Shown piece by piece: positions 25,001 to 37,300 of a stretch of 64,000 nucleotides of DNA. Origin of the DNA: Guillardia theta CCMP2712 (lineage: Eukaryota > Protista > Cryptophyta). The translations under genes were made by a program, and so were the position numbers. The stretch spans positions 700,188 through 764,187 of the forward strand of contig NW_005434671.1 in assembly GCF_000315625.1 (NCBI RefSeq), in the 5' to 3' direction. Position 1 is the stretch's first letter, and each line of letters starts with the position of its first letter. The notes under the pieces were generated by a model. The model had not been told where the DNA came from. It did no database searches and saw only the letters and a program-made list of their open reading frames with translations.

Positions 25001-25381
25001 TGTCGTTGCCGGGGTGCCAACGGGGGAGGAATCAATGCCTTTGCCAACTGGAAAGGGTGATCCCGAGGGTTTGGTAGTAGAATCTGAAGTATGCAGGACG
25101 TCAGCTGGTTGTGTAAGCCGCCTGGAAGCAGTAGTAGGACACAAAATGCTATACAGCTTGTTCACCCTGGTGAATAACGGTGTAGTGTCGCTGACGGGCA
25201 CACCAAGCAAAGAGTATCCTTGACGAATCACCTCATTCATCGGGACTGTCCGATCCAGTTGCAGTTGGAATCGAATAGAATCAATTCTGTCTACAAGAGG
25301 AATTGTTTCATACTGGTCATAGTCATGTGAGTCGTGTTCAAGACAGGATGATTCAACTCTCCCCTGCTGCCAGGCAGCCAT
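22051..25381 (-). pseudogene. MURA-like transposase fused to SWIM, CCHC knuckle and Ulp1 (peptidase C48); DDE core missing and frame broken
   Basis: MuDR-type DNA-binding region (LFTGKVWESRQECTAYIK...CLSPKC...HLQHDEYMC), YGTWEQYEETFKILPNWMKLYCDNNPGS, then almost directly RTYGIRSNNVSESENSRLR, SWIM CSLCCLWQVNGRPCQHAIA, knuckle CKICKAIGHNKRSC, and Ulp1 WLKGDIIDAFL...FYTKL...HWGL...LYDSM...VPRQTDGSSCGVFVC. Stop TGA at 22051-22053. Confidence 0.85.
24232..24293 (+). repeat. Perfect 31-bp tandem duplication at the transposase deletion junction
   Basis: ggcaagaaacaccctcgactaccagggttgt at 24232-24262 and 24263-24293. Confidence 0.95.
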
Positions 25382-27119
25382 CACTGTGTTTATGCGAGGT
25401 GACACCCCTCCAATGCCTTAGGGCCAGCCACTAGAAGAAGGGGGTGGATGGAGCAATGAAGGGGTGACAGTGACACTATGAAGGGGTGGGTACAAGTACC
25501 CTGCATCATCCCTATCAAACCCCTGGGTTTAAGGGGGTGATCAGTTTCTTGGAGGGGTCGTGGAGTTGGGGTGGGTACATATAGTATCTGATTATTAACC
25601 TGTACTAGTACCCCTCATCTCCTCTCTGTACGATAGTAATAGGGGTGGGGTGTGCTGTATAATCAGATTATTGTTGTGATCGTACAAAATACTATAAGGT
25701 AATTGTATAAATCTCGCTGTGTAAAATATGAACGTTTCAATTAAATGACATATAAAACATTGATGTATCCAAAAAGTGCCATACAATTTCAAAATACATG
25801 TTTCTCTTGCAGTATTTTGTGAAAGAATTTGATAAAAGTGTTGATAATAACATTAGTTGCCCCTCCTACACCAGACCCCACCCTATGGACCCAATCTCTC
25901 CACATGGAACCACCCCTCGTTGTATTTATCATAATTATACACAAAAAATCATAAATGTACCCAATGTTATAGATATTTTTGACCGAAGTTGATAAAACAA
26001 TTGTAAGAATAGATATATGAGCTGGTCTGTCCGAGTAAAATGTTTTTGTCGCAGTTTATATCATTATAAATATTATATATAATTTTAAACTTCACAAAAC
26101 ATTATTAAAGTCACGTTTTAAGTCTGGCAGTCAGACGTGTGAGAGGGTGGGGTGTTGCACTTCAGGAAGACAGGGGTGGGGGTGGGTGGGCGGCTAAACC
26201 GACCTTGTAGGGGTGCCTTCAGGCTTCTCAATCGACGCAAGGGGGGGTGGGATAGGTAAGGTGGCGGAGGGGGTGGTGAGTGGTAAACTCGAGGAGGGAA
26301 GGGTGGGGTTGAATGCGGGTGGGGGAGTGAGGGTTTTTGCGGACGGCGTAATCGATGTTGGTGGGAGGGAGTAAAATGGTGGAAGGGGAGGCAGGGAGAG
26401 AGGAGAGCGAGGAGGAGAGCGAGGATAGAAAGGAAAGGGATCAGTTGGCAAAAAGGGAGGGGGCGGGGGCAAGAGGGAGGGAGGGAGGGAGGGAGGGAGG
26501 GAGGGAAGAGATGAGAGGTGTTTACCGGGCAAAGGAGGCGAGATCTGCACTATGGTACAGGGGGAGCGGAATGACATGAAAGGAGAGAATGAGATGATAT
26601 GAAGACAGCCAGGGAATGAGATAGATGAGGGAAGTTGTTTTAGATTTGTTCAAAGGACACGGACTATGGAGGTGAGAATACAACTTGAGAGGAGGGTTGG
26701 AAGGGGTTTATGTGGTAAAAGTTTTACGCAGACGCAGTGAGATAGATGCAATGGAGAAGGAACGTAATAAGAGGGGCAAGAGGGATGGGGGAGAGAATTA
26801 TACGAGAGAGGCCAGGGTTATGAATGACAGAACGATCTGGAGCAGGCTACTCATATCGCTGGATTTGAACCAGACAGACTTGCACCAACAAATGCATAGA
26901 GTAGATCTATGTTGATCCGATCGTTTTTGAATCTATCATTCATGTCGGATGATTTTTAAGAAATGGAAGATGATACGAGCAAGAAACATGTTCGTTGATT
27001 ATATATGTTTTATTTTGCACACCTACTCACTGAAGGTTTGCTGACTTCCCGTTACAGTTCGAACTTTCGTTAGAAAACGGCATAGATGGAACTTCAATTT
27101 ATCTAAAGCTTTCTGGCAA

Positions 27120-28868
27120 ATGCTTCACAACGCTTATTTTTACCACCATGCACGTCCTGAAAAGAGACATCAAGTTGCAAGGGCGTGTGCTCGTTGTCGA
27201 AGGCTAAAATTGAAATGCGTGGAGAAATTCCCATGCTCAAGGTGCGAAAGGAGGATTCTCGAGACTCATCTCGAACAGAAGCAGATCAATGGCATATGCG
27301 CAGACTGCGAGGAGGCAATGCGTGGAAACGAACGTTTCCGGATTGTTCTTTCCAATGAATACGGGGGACCAGAGAGGCCGATCATTTTTCGAGGCAACTG
27401 CATCGAGCTGACGAATCAGAAGAAGAAAGCTGCTCAACTGATCCTACCTTTGTTGCGAGTTCCGTGTGCTTACACGATGATCCATCGGTACAGTGAGGCG
27501 GGATTCTCCGTGAGGGATATTTGCAACATCTTCAATCACATCCCAGCTGAGCTTGCGAGTGTGCTCGAAGAAGGGTTGAGGGCCATGCAAAGGAATGCGC
27601 CATTGGTCCTTCCTGTGGCAGGTGAGAAGAGAATGCCGGGAAGTGAAAATGCGATGCAATTCCATGAAAAGAGACTGCTCGACAACATCAAAGACTTTGG
27701 GTGCGTTCGGCTGGAGTGGAATAAAGAGGGGGAGCGAGAATCAGTATACTTCAACGACGTATTTGCGCTGCTGGCAGGAGCACATAAAGAGGAGCTCTTG
27801 TCAAGAGCTGCATCTTGCGAGCTTCCGCTGCCTATGACAGAATTGGATCTTATCTGCACCATTCTGGATGACGTGCTGCGTTGTGGTTCGTCAACGATCA
27901 CTCGCTATGTCAGGTGGCGCGTCGGATTTGTGAATGGAGGGCAAGGGCAAGCAGCATTCCTGAAATGGACGAGGAACAAGAGCATTTCACCGGCTCAGGG
28001 GATCGAAAACGCGCTGCACAGTTTCTCTTTCGTTACCCCAGAGGAGTATGATTGGGCAATGCACACGACTCCCGAGCTGTGTCGACCTCTCATGTGGGAG
28101 CTCGGAGATTTCCGCTCTGCCTCTTCCTGTCTCAATGATATTGGAAAAGATTGGCACGATATGCGCATCTCCGATTTGCAGAGCTCAGATCACGGTCGGC
28201 ATCTGCTCTCGAGGCTCACGGAGTTGGTGAGATTGAAGTTCGCTCCGTTTGTGAGGGCGGCCAACATGGTTCAGATGGAACAGTCAGAGGGCCATAGACA
28301 TGTCCCTGCGTGCCCTCAAACAGTCGGAGCAGCTCAACTTTGCGAGATGCCGCTGGCGGTGCCTCATCCTACGGCGGTCATGATTCAGGGGTGGATGCAG
28401 GCATCAGCGATCTGCCAGGGCGAGAGGGACCTTCAGTTTGTGTCGCCGCATCCTTGCGGACCAGCGGCGTCACAGCTGGGCTGCGGACCAGCGGCGTCAC
28501 AGCTGGGCTGCGCATCGCAGGCCATGGAGACGAACGCACTGAGTGCAGGTATCTTGCCTTGCATCCTCCAGAACCCGCACGACGCAGAGAAGTTCGTCTC
28601 TGATATGTCAGCAAACGTGCGACAGAACGTCTCTGATATGTCAGCAAACGTGCGACAGAACGATCTGAATTCCTTCGACTCTATCAACCACAAGTGGCCC
28701 ATCAAGAACGACAAAGAGGAACACACAAGCCAACGCGACGTCTCACATTACACAGTTTCATCCGAGGCAAACATGGCTCTGAATCATTCTGTTGCATTTT
28801 CTGTCCTCAAATCAACAGAGCTGCGGCTGGAAAGGTCGCATGTCTTCCTGTCTCCCAGGAATGTTTAG
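27120..28868 (+). CDS. Zn(II)2Cys6 (Gal4-like) transcription factor-like protein; a short 3' exon to ~29020 is possible
   Basis: RHQVARACARCRRLKLKCVEKFPCSRC gives C-x2-C-x6-C-x5-C-x2-C; the sixth Cys is atypically distant. Central globular domain; C-terminal 27-bp and 33-bp coding duplications. Confidence 0.7.
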   Translation: MLHNAYFYHHARPEKRHQVARACARCRRLKLKCVEKFPCSRCERRILETHLEQKQINGICADCEEAMRGNERFRIVLSNEYGGPERPIIFRGNCIELTNQKKKAAQLILPLLRVPCAYTMIHRYSEAGFSVRDICNIFNHIPAELASVLEEGLRAMQRNAPLVLPVAGEKRMPGSENAMQFHEKRLLDNIKDFGCVRLEWNKEGERESVYFNDVFALLAGAHKEELLSRAASCELPLPMTELDLICTILDDVLRCGSSTITRYVRWRVGFVNGGQGQAAFLKWTRNKSISPAQGIENALHSFSFVTPEEYDWAMHTTPELCRPLMWELGDFRSASSCLNDIGKDWHDMRISDLQSSDHGRHLLSRLTELVRLKFAPFVRAANMVQMEQSEGHRHVPACPQTVGAAQLCEMPLAVPHPTAVMIQGWMQASAICQGERDLQFVSPHPCGPAASQLGCGPAASQLGCASQAMETNALSAGILPCILQNPHDAEKFVSDMSANVRQNVSDMSANVRQNDLNSFDSINHKWPIKNDKEEHTSQRDVSHYTVSSEANMALNHSVAFSVLKSTELRLERSHVFLSPRNV

Positions 28869-29124
28869 AGTGATGACACTTTTGCAGGTTTTCCCAAGAC
28901 TTGCAGTGCGAGTTTGGACAGTTCGGGGGCCTCGAAGATCCTCTCGAGGCGATTCTCCCTCGCCTGGACTAGTTTGACTCTTCCGTTCCGAGACTTTATG
29001 GACATAATGAACAAGTGAAATCCAGACGGATTCATTTCAACCAACGACTTGGCAAGGGTGGGGTCACACCCACTGCCTGTCCGCTTTCTTCGCAGCTCGA
29101 GCTTGTTGTGTCTCTGAATCCTGA

Positions 29125-30680
29125 CTAGACGTCAAGCCTCAAAGCGTTGAGAAGTGATTGAACCTTCGCCTGCCGTCTTGCCATGATCCCCGCGAAGTAC
29201 CTATCTCTATCCTTGTCCAGCTGTAGCCCTTGATTACACGTGGCACAAGGAGAGCAGAGGCACCTGCTCGTCGTCCACCTCCCTTGTCTTTCCCGCATGT
29301 CTTGGCCTCGCATCCTGCAATCCTTCTACCCTCTTCTTAGGCGGAGGGAGGATAGGACGAGCCTGCAGCGAGAGCAACGATCAAATTAGTGAAGGTCACA
29401 CCACACGAGTAACCCTCGGTGTTGGGTCGGCATCTTGCATCACCAGCTTCCTTGTGACCTGAGCACGAGAGTGGAAGTCACGTCAAACTCGCTCTGTCGC
29501 TCCCTATCTCTCTCTACCATGGGAGCCGGATCCGCATCTTCTATCACCACATCATCCACATCCTGCCTCCTGGAGTGCCGCAGGCTTCGACTGCAACTGT
29601 CCGTTCACCAAGAATGGGATGGTGGGTGACAAGGGGCTTTCGACGCACCTGGATGACACCAGCGACGGCGGCCTTTTGCTCTCCCTCAGAGCACGTGCCA
29701 ACTGATTCCGCTCCTGGTCCGATCTCAGCGCCTGTGCCCCTCAAGAGATGCAGAGCTGACCTCGTCTCGTGATCTTGGGGCGGGCAGATCACTTGCTCTC
29801 CGCCTCGCCATGCTGTCATCTTCCTCAGAGTCTCCGTCGCTCTCCAAGTCATCAACAATCTGCGATGGAAGGCTTCGCTTCAGGGAACTCCAGGCAGCAC
29901 AGGCTCCTCACATCGATAGGGTCCCACTCGTCATCCTCATCGTCCTCGTCGTCATTCCCTCCATCGAGATATGCCTGCATGCGAGCACGAGGGAGAGGAA
30001 CGTCAGTCAGGGGGGGAGCAGGGTCGCGGGCTGGCACCTGGTTGTCATGAGAAGAATCGTCCATGGTGAAGGCTTTCATCATGGCCTGCAGCCTTGTGCT
30101 GGGAAACCCAGTGAATAATCCCTCCAGTCGGGCAGCTGCTAAACAAGTACCTCTGCTGTCCTTTCAGACGCACCCTCTCTCCCTGCGGGTTGGAGGTGTC
30201 GATGATCACTTGGGTGTCCACGGGCTGGGGGGACGAGGAGAGTCAGGGAGGCATGCAGTTGACATCATGCAGAAGAACCTGAGAGCTGAGCTGCGAAACA
30301 TGCCCCCCCTCCAGCAGGACTGCTCGTTTGAAGTCATCCAAAAACCTGACGGCCGCATCCCATCAAACTCCAGGAGGATGGAGGATCAACTCACTGTGCA
30401 TCTCTCTGCTTTCTGTACTCCTTCTCGCGTTCGAAGCTTCGCTTGCTATCCTGAGGAATGGTGTCAACCAGGATCACAGTATCCCTATGGCATCAAGGAG
30501 AAGTTGCAAATGAACAAGCGGAGAGACTGTGTAATAAGTTTTGACCCACCCTAATAGCTCTCTCCATCGCTGCATTCTCGTAGTCCATCTTGAAGATTGA
30601 AAGCAAGAGAATAGGCTAGTATCCTCGATTCAAAGGCAGCATTTCCTGGTGGAAGGTGCGTTACTGAATTTCAGAAACCA
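29125..30680 (-). CDS. Multi-exon hypothetical protein (5' boundary uncertain)
   Basis: Series of minus-strand segments bounded by short GT-AG introns, including acidic DDEDDEDDEWDP and ending ...QAKVQSLLNALRLDV*. Confidence 0.35.
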
Positions 30681-30821
30681 CATGCATTCATCCAGATGAC
30701 GCTTGTTTTGTCGGAATATCCAAACTTTCATGATTGTTTACCCGCACTCTGACTGTTACATTACTGGCTACCAAGGCATAACACTAGCTGCCTTCTCCTT
30801 CCAGTCTTCCGATCGCATGTT

Positions 30822-31036
30822 GTCTCCTGCCCCTTCTTCTGTTCCTCCTCCTGCTCCTGCACCTCGTGCACCTCCTTCTCCTCCTCCTTCTCCTCCTCCT
30901 CCTTCTCCTTCTCCTGCTTCTCCTGCTTCTCCTGCTCCTGCTCCTGCTCCTGATCCTGCTCCTCCTCCTCCTCCTCCTCCTCCTGCTCCTCCTGCTTCTC
31001 CTGCTTCTCCTGCTTCTCCTTCTCCTCCTCCTCCTC
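30822..31036. repeat. (CCT/CTT/GCT)n pyrimidine-rich microsatellite
   Basis: About 210 bp of cctcct/ttctcctgc units with roughly mirror-symmetric arrangement. Confidence 0.9.
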
Positions 31037-31193
31037 AGGGCACCTCCTGCTCCTTGCCGTCGGGAAGATCAGCGGTTTCAATCCGTAACGTGCGATTTCC
31101 AATCTCTCTATATTAGCTTTTCTAATTTCTTATATTCTATGAGCTAATTTAATTTCTTTGTCAAAGTTCCGTTAATCAAATTTCTTTCCCGCA

Positions 31194-34024
31194 ATGCTCA
31201 GGGCGGGAGGTCAACGGAGGGAGCCGATGCGAGCATGGCAAGCGGCGACCCCACAGAGAGACTCCAGAGCTCACCAGCAGGACAAGATTCAGGAGGAGAG
31301 GCTGGCGAGCGAGCAGCAGGTAGTTCGCCGCCTGTTGTGCGTGTGGCTGACATGGGCCGGTTTTAGGGGGCGGGTGGTGCGAAGGTCGAGATCATGGTCG
31401 TGGAGTCGCCGCAAGACGCAGAGAAGCACGACAACGGTTACGAATACATCGACCCAAGGAGGATACAATCTCCCACAAGGAGGTCGATGGGTAACATGGA
31501 GCGAAGGCATTTCCAAGAAGACCTGCACATGCTACCTTCCGACGGAGGGTTAGCCGGGGACATGGGGGAGAAGGTGAGTTTCTTCTACTTGCAGATGGAG
31601 ATGCTCTGACTGGGAGTCGTCAGTTCTGTGATGTCTGGGATACTTCGCACACCCCATTGAAGTCGAGGAGGAGGAGCGGAAAGAGGGCGGACCACATGAG
31701 TGAGATCTTGTCGGGAACCCCGGACAGGTCTGCTCCCAGCCGACATGGCAGGGAATGGCAGAGCCCTCCAGACGCGTCGAGGAGGGAGGAGACAAGATCT
31801 TCGCTGCAGAAAGATCGCGACCACTCAGATGTGCAGCATGCCATGAAGAGCGACGTGAAGATGCGACCGTACGAGAATGCGAGGGAGGGGCCTGACACGC
31901 ATCCAACGAGGAACAAGGGCGAACGGCTCAGGAGCATCCTCAGGATACAAGACTCTACTTGCAGTGGAAGTGTCGACTGGCAAGACTTCAAGTTTGCCCT
32001 CCACGAAGCTGGAATCCAACTGAATGCGCAAGACACTACTGCGATGTGGCAGAAATCCGGAGGTTCCATCGATGGCAACGGTAGTCCCCTGGGCAGAACC
32101 TCGATCGACACGATCTTGCAGGAAGTCAGTGGTCAAAACCACAGGAGGTCAGAGTTCAAATCTAGCGAGAAGGCGTACAATGAAGGAAGAAGATATTCTG
32201 CACACATGCAAAGCAATCTGACAACGGGGATGGCTGTCAACCATTCCGCCAGTGAGTTTGAATGTACAGGTGGTGGAATGAAGAAAGGTCGTTTACCTAT
32301 CTCTTACGCCTGGCAGCATGGGTCTCTCAACAGTGGTGTGAAGGATAGACAATTCCTTGAAGTGCAACATTTAAGCCATGAATACGACACCATGGCTCGT
32401 TGGACCAAGAATGAGAGCAAATTGAAAGATGACTTTTTGCTGAAGAGGAACCAAATCAAGCGACTTTTCTCTACTGAGACTGAAGAGCCAAAGAGTTTGG
32501 GATTTGAAGAGTTCCGCAATGGCATCAAGCAAGTTGGAATCATCGTATCGGATCATGATTGCGAACGAATTTGGAGGAGGGTCGACAAAGAGTGTCTTGG
32601 ACAAGTGAGTTTTGATCAGATGGTCAACGCATTTGATCTGACAGGAAGAGAAGCATCGGCAAGAACCTCTCTGTCAACACAGAACCATGGCAAGGACGTG
32701 AACAGCCCTGTAATTCTGAGGAAACTAAAGGAAGATCATGATCCCAACAAGTTGTCCACTGACAAAGTTTCGCTTTCGATTGTCAACGATGCACCAAGAG
32801 GGAGCATTTTGAAATCGTTGCAGAAGTCTTTGAACAAGCAGAGGATTACCCAGAGGGATTTCTCCGATGCTCTTGCATCTGCTGGGCTTGTGGTGAATCA
32901 GACTGACTGTAACGAGCTGTACAAGAGAGCTGGAGGAGGCATAATGAGGCCCTACGTCTCCATGGAGAACATCGAGGAGGCGATTCTATCAGCCTCAGCA
33001 GTGCAGAAGCCTGGTGCCGATGTGGCGATCTTCTGCTTCAGCTCCAAGGAGGGGATGTATCATCGCGAGAGCAACCCGCACCCCCAGGAAGGCTCGCGGG
33101 ATGCCCTGTTGACGCAGGCTTGTCAAAAATTGACGTCGGGGTGCCTGAAGAATCCTCATCGTCTAGTGCAGGTATGTGACATTCACTGTCATCGCAATCT
33201 CTCATCCCGTGGCCCCTTCCGAAGGTGTTCAAGAAGTTCGATGTGGATAGGCTTGGCTTCATCAGCAGGATGGAGTTCGAGCGAGGACTCCTGTCGCATG
33301 GAATTTCACTTTCGCCGGGTGACATTCAAAGGCTCTCGATGGTAGACAGGAGCAGCTCGTGTTCCTCCTTGACCTGCTTGTGCAGGAAGCGTCCAACAAG
33401 AACGGGATGGTCGTCTACGAGGATTTCGTCTCCAAGGTTTTTGCCGTGCAGCAGCACTTGGAGCAGGGCGGAGGCAAGGAACATGCCCCTTTACGTACGT
33501 CAATCCTCTCTCGCTCTACACCAGCAGTGCTGACGTTGATGGATCAGCGAGTCCCTCCCATGACGCCCCGAGGAGCAACCAGCTGAGCAGCACAGTGATC
33601 CCTCACCCTTGCTATCTCTTTTCCCTGACCTCCTGTGGTCCCAGGTGCACTCCGAGAGGAGCCGTTCCTCAGTCCGCAGTGAGAGGTCCACGTCGTCGGT
33701 GAATTCTTCCCTAGGAGGACGAGACTCGACGTCTCGCTCGGCCTGGATGAACGAGTCTTCCGTCAACCATGGGTGAGAGCGGCCGCTGCCTCCCCTCTTC
33801 TCTCCCCTCAAGTTGCTGTTTTCAGGCATCGCGGTCCGATCAGAGCTCGCTCTGCCTCCCCTGCACGTCCCTGTCGCGTTTCCGTGCAGTTTGAAGACAC
33901 GGGCGGTGCCAGCGCAGCAGCGCCTGTGCGCAGCTCACTGGTTGGGCCTTCGAGCTGCAAAATCCTTCACCTGGCCGCTGCTCCTCCGGTCGCGATCCAC
34001 CGACCGAGAGCCGCAGCGAACTGA
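31194..34024 (+). CDS. Multi-EF-hand protein, multi-exon
   Basis: EF-hand-like loops DSTCSGSVDWQDF, VDKECLGQVSFDQM, FDVDRLGFISRMEF and SNKNGMVVYEDF; Ser/Arg-rich tail ending ...RPRAAAN*. Confidence 0.7.
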
Positions 34025-34336
34025 ATCAGATGAACTTGAATAATTATTCTTTGAACGGCTGAATGAAAAGATTATGTATGATATGAACCAGCCGTACTCT
34101 TTACTCAACTGAGTTAAGTTAAAAATCAGTGCGAGGACAATAGTCGGGCCCGGCTCGGGGCCCCGGCCCGCTAGGCGTCCTGCGAGGGTAACCAGGGAAG
34201 TTGGTAGACCACGCGTCAAATGCGGAAGCAGTAGAGGCTGCAGTAGAGGTAGAAGGGACAAGGATGGAGAAGACTGCTGCAAGGATGAACAGAGCAGGAG
34301 TCTAGCCTCAACTTGAGGGTTGGGGGTAAGCTTACG

Positions 34337-37300
34337 ATGGGTCGGGGCGAAAGAGGAGGCGAGCGGAGGGAACTAGGAGGAGGGTCGAGATGCTTGCTCG
34401 CAGTCATATCGCTGATGATCTTCTTGCACCCTGTCCGTGCGATCGAGCCGGTGGAAGTCACATCGCTGGCGAGTGAAGTCTCCATGTACCTCAAGGACCT
34501 CGTGTGCTCCTCCCTCAACCTCGGCAAGGACTGCGGGACCCCAGGAGTGAAGGACGCGTACGGAGTGCTCATGTCACCTGAAGGCAGCTATGGGGCGATG
34601 AGCGCAGATCCCGTCTCGACGCTGCTGGACGCAGACCTCTTGCCTCACATCACTTCGTACCTGGACGAAGTCACGACTGCCCTGGCGAAGATGCGTGACG
34701 ACATGGAGCTGTACATGGCCGAGAGGCTCCGAGTGCCGAGTCTGCAGGAGGTGAACTACTCGGCTCTACCAGAGTACGACTCGTCCCACCCACACTGGTT
34801 GGCAGACGCCGTGAGCACTTCCATTCAAGGAACAGAATTCTATGTCCCGGTGGTCCTCGCGAGCAATCTGCAGTTTCCCAAGAATCTCAACAGGGACGAT
34901 AGGCAGGTCAAGCTCGCAGCGAACGCCTCCATCGGCCTCGACACGAACTTTATCGCTAACTTGGAGAACAACACCACACCAGGACAGATCTCCATGAGGT
35001 GGCAGAGGTTTACGAGCAAGACAGGCTTCACCCGCTCGTTTCCAGCAACTTTTGACAACTCCACGAGGGATCGGAGGTTTGACGCTTGGTACAGAGTTTG
35101 CACTCAGATACCCAAGAATGTTCTCATCATCCTCGACTTTTCTGAGAGTATGAGACTATCAAACAACTCGGAGATCGCCAAGCAAGTGGCATACACGATC
35201 CTAAAGTCTCTCACGCATCAAGACAATGTCAATGTTTACTTCATGGCTGGCTCGAACCCCGGCCTCCCGCCTTGCTTCCAGTCTTCCTTCTATCCTGCCA
35301 CTGCAAAGAACATTGAGCAGCTGGTGGAACAAGTTGCGTCCGCTACGGTCCATGGCGGCGAGGATGTGGATAGAACTCTATCATTTGCCTTCGAGATGGT
35401 AACGTCACACAATGACCTCGTATGTAAGGCAACGTCGCCTAGCCCTCAAAGTCCCTGTACAGGCCGCGACAGCTACATCTTCCTCATCAGTGACGGAGTC
35501 TTCAGTCAGTACACGCTTCCTCTACAGGAAATAGTCGCGCTGATGCCGTCCAACACTTACCTCATGGGGGTTGAGATTGGTCAGGGGCCCGGCGATTCGA
35601 AGATACACGAGTTCACATGTTTGCTTCGGGGGAAGTTCTTCAAAATAGAGACCATGTACTACATGTCAGAGATTCGCTCGATGCTCGATGACTGGTTTCA
35701 GATGATCGCTGCGCCGATTGTCCGACAAAACTTGACCGACAAGGTCTCGCTGTCCCTCCCCACGCTCAGCAGCACTGGCGACGAGATCTACATCACCATC
35801 TCGCTCCCCTGCTTCACAGACATCGCGTCCACCCTTCCTCGTCTTGTCGGGGCAGTGTCGATAGACCTCGCCTTCGCCTCGCAGAGCAAGACGTACACCA
35901 AGGCACTGTTCCCCTTCCTCGCCAGTCTGCGGCCAAAGTCAGCCGAAGGAGTGGCAGCGTTTGACAAGGGAGGGGAGTGGACGATGATCTACAACAAGGG
36001 ATATCCGGGGACCGTGCTATTAAATGCTCAGAAGGTAGCCACGTATGAGGCCACGATCCAGGGAAAGTCCAAACTATCGCAGCCGGGGAACGTCCTCATG
36101 TACGAGTACGAGGATGACGTGTTTGCGCGCTCCGGGTCTTTAAACCGTTTTGTCGAGCAGTACTCTGGAATGCAGACGACGACTTCGCAGCGCTGCTTCG
36201 AGCTGTCGGACAGGTGGGACTTGTCTCCCCTCCGATGCCTCGACCAGCCGACATGGACGTTTGCATGGAAGCAGCTTGCGAAACTCCCGATCACAGTCGT
36301 CCTCAAGCTTCCTGGAGCCTTCGGGGCCTCAAACGTCTCTGTGCATCGCAAGATGCCCTTCGTGGGCTGGAAGAAATTCCCGACTGAGCTGACCCCAGCT
36401 GCTTCCTGCCAGCGTTTCGACAAGTACCCCCAGCTGCTGCATGAGTTGCTGGCGGTCAACTTCGTGCCTCAGGGAAGCTCGTCCAACATCGCCTGCTCGA
36501 TCTCCAACGTGAAGTTCCCTCAGCCTCCTTCCTACCGGAGCAACATCGAGATGCCGACTGTCGCTGCAGACCCTGCCATGCGCAGTTGGATCGTCCTTCC
36601 CTTGACGGCCTACTCGGAGCCATGGGACATCATCGCTGGCAACGACAATCGTGACAGCTGGGCAGGAGCCGGCGGCCTGAGGTTGGAATGGCTGCAGGAC
36701 ATCGACTTCACTGGAGTGATTGACTTGCTGTGGAGGAAAAGCAACGTCTCCTCCTTGTTCAAGGATCCGTTGCAGGATTCTGTGCGGTTTGCGATAACGA
36801 GCCGAGGTCTGATGAGGTATCAAGCTAGGGGAGCTGTTGATGCCATCCAACAGAACCTTTCACTGCTCGAGTTGCAGTTCTTCTACCAGAGTGCTGTGGT
36901 TGCCAAAGAAAGAATCTCAATCTCTCCCCCGTCGCTTGCCTTCTTCTCCTCCCAAACCCGCCAGAGCCAATCGTACTCTGTGCTCTCAGTCGCGATCCCC
37001 TTTGCCGAGAACAGCAGCTCGTCGCTCAACTGGTCAAGCTCGGTGGTGGTCGGAGCTGAACTTCCCACGGCCCAGCTCAAGGCAATTCTGACAGAAAGGG
37101 CCCTCGATGGGAAGTGCTGGGAGAGGAGCACGTACAGATGCTTCCTCCTCAACTCGGTCGGAGTCGTCGTCGTCGACTCTCGACAGGCAGCAGGCAGCGT
37201 GCGGGACATGTCCTCGTGGCCGGAGGGGCTGAATTTTGTTTCAGACGTTGAGCCTGCGCTTGCTGAGGGCCTCGTCCGCTGCGGCTTCCTGCAGCCAAGG

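Larger units (their letters stand above)
20959..25862 (-). mobile_element. Mutator-like (MULE) DNA transposon carrying a Ulp1/SENP protease; internally deleted, non-autonomous
   Basis: 28-bp TIRs with one mismatch (20959-20986 gggcaattaatgttattatcaacacttt; 25835-25862 reverse complement gggcaactaatgttattatcaacacttt). Perfect 9-bp TSD ctcctacac at 20950-20958 and 25863-25871. Internal MURA-like gene. Confidence 0.93.

Noticed and set aside
30703-31147. Poly-Leu, poly-Pro and poly-Glu ORFs
   Set aside because: All are translations of the CCT microsatellite in different frames; no independent coding evidence.
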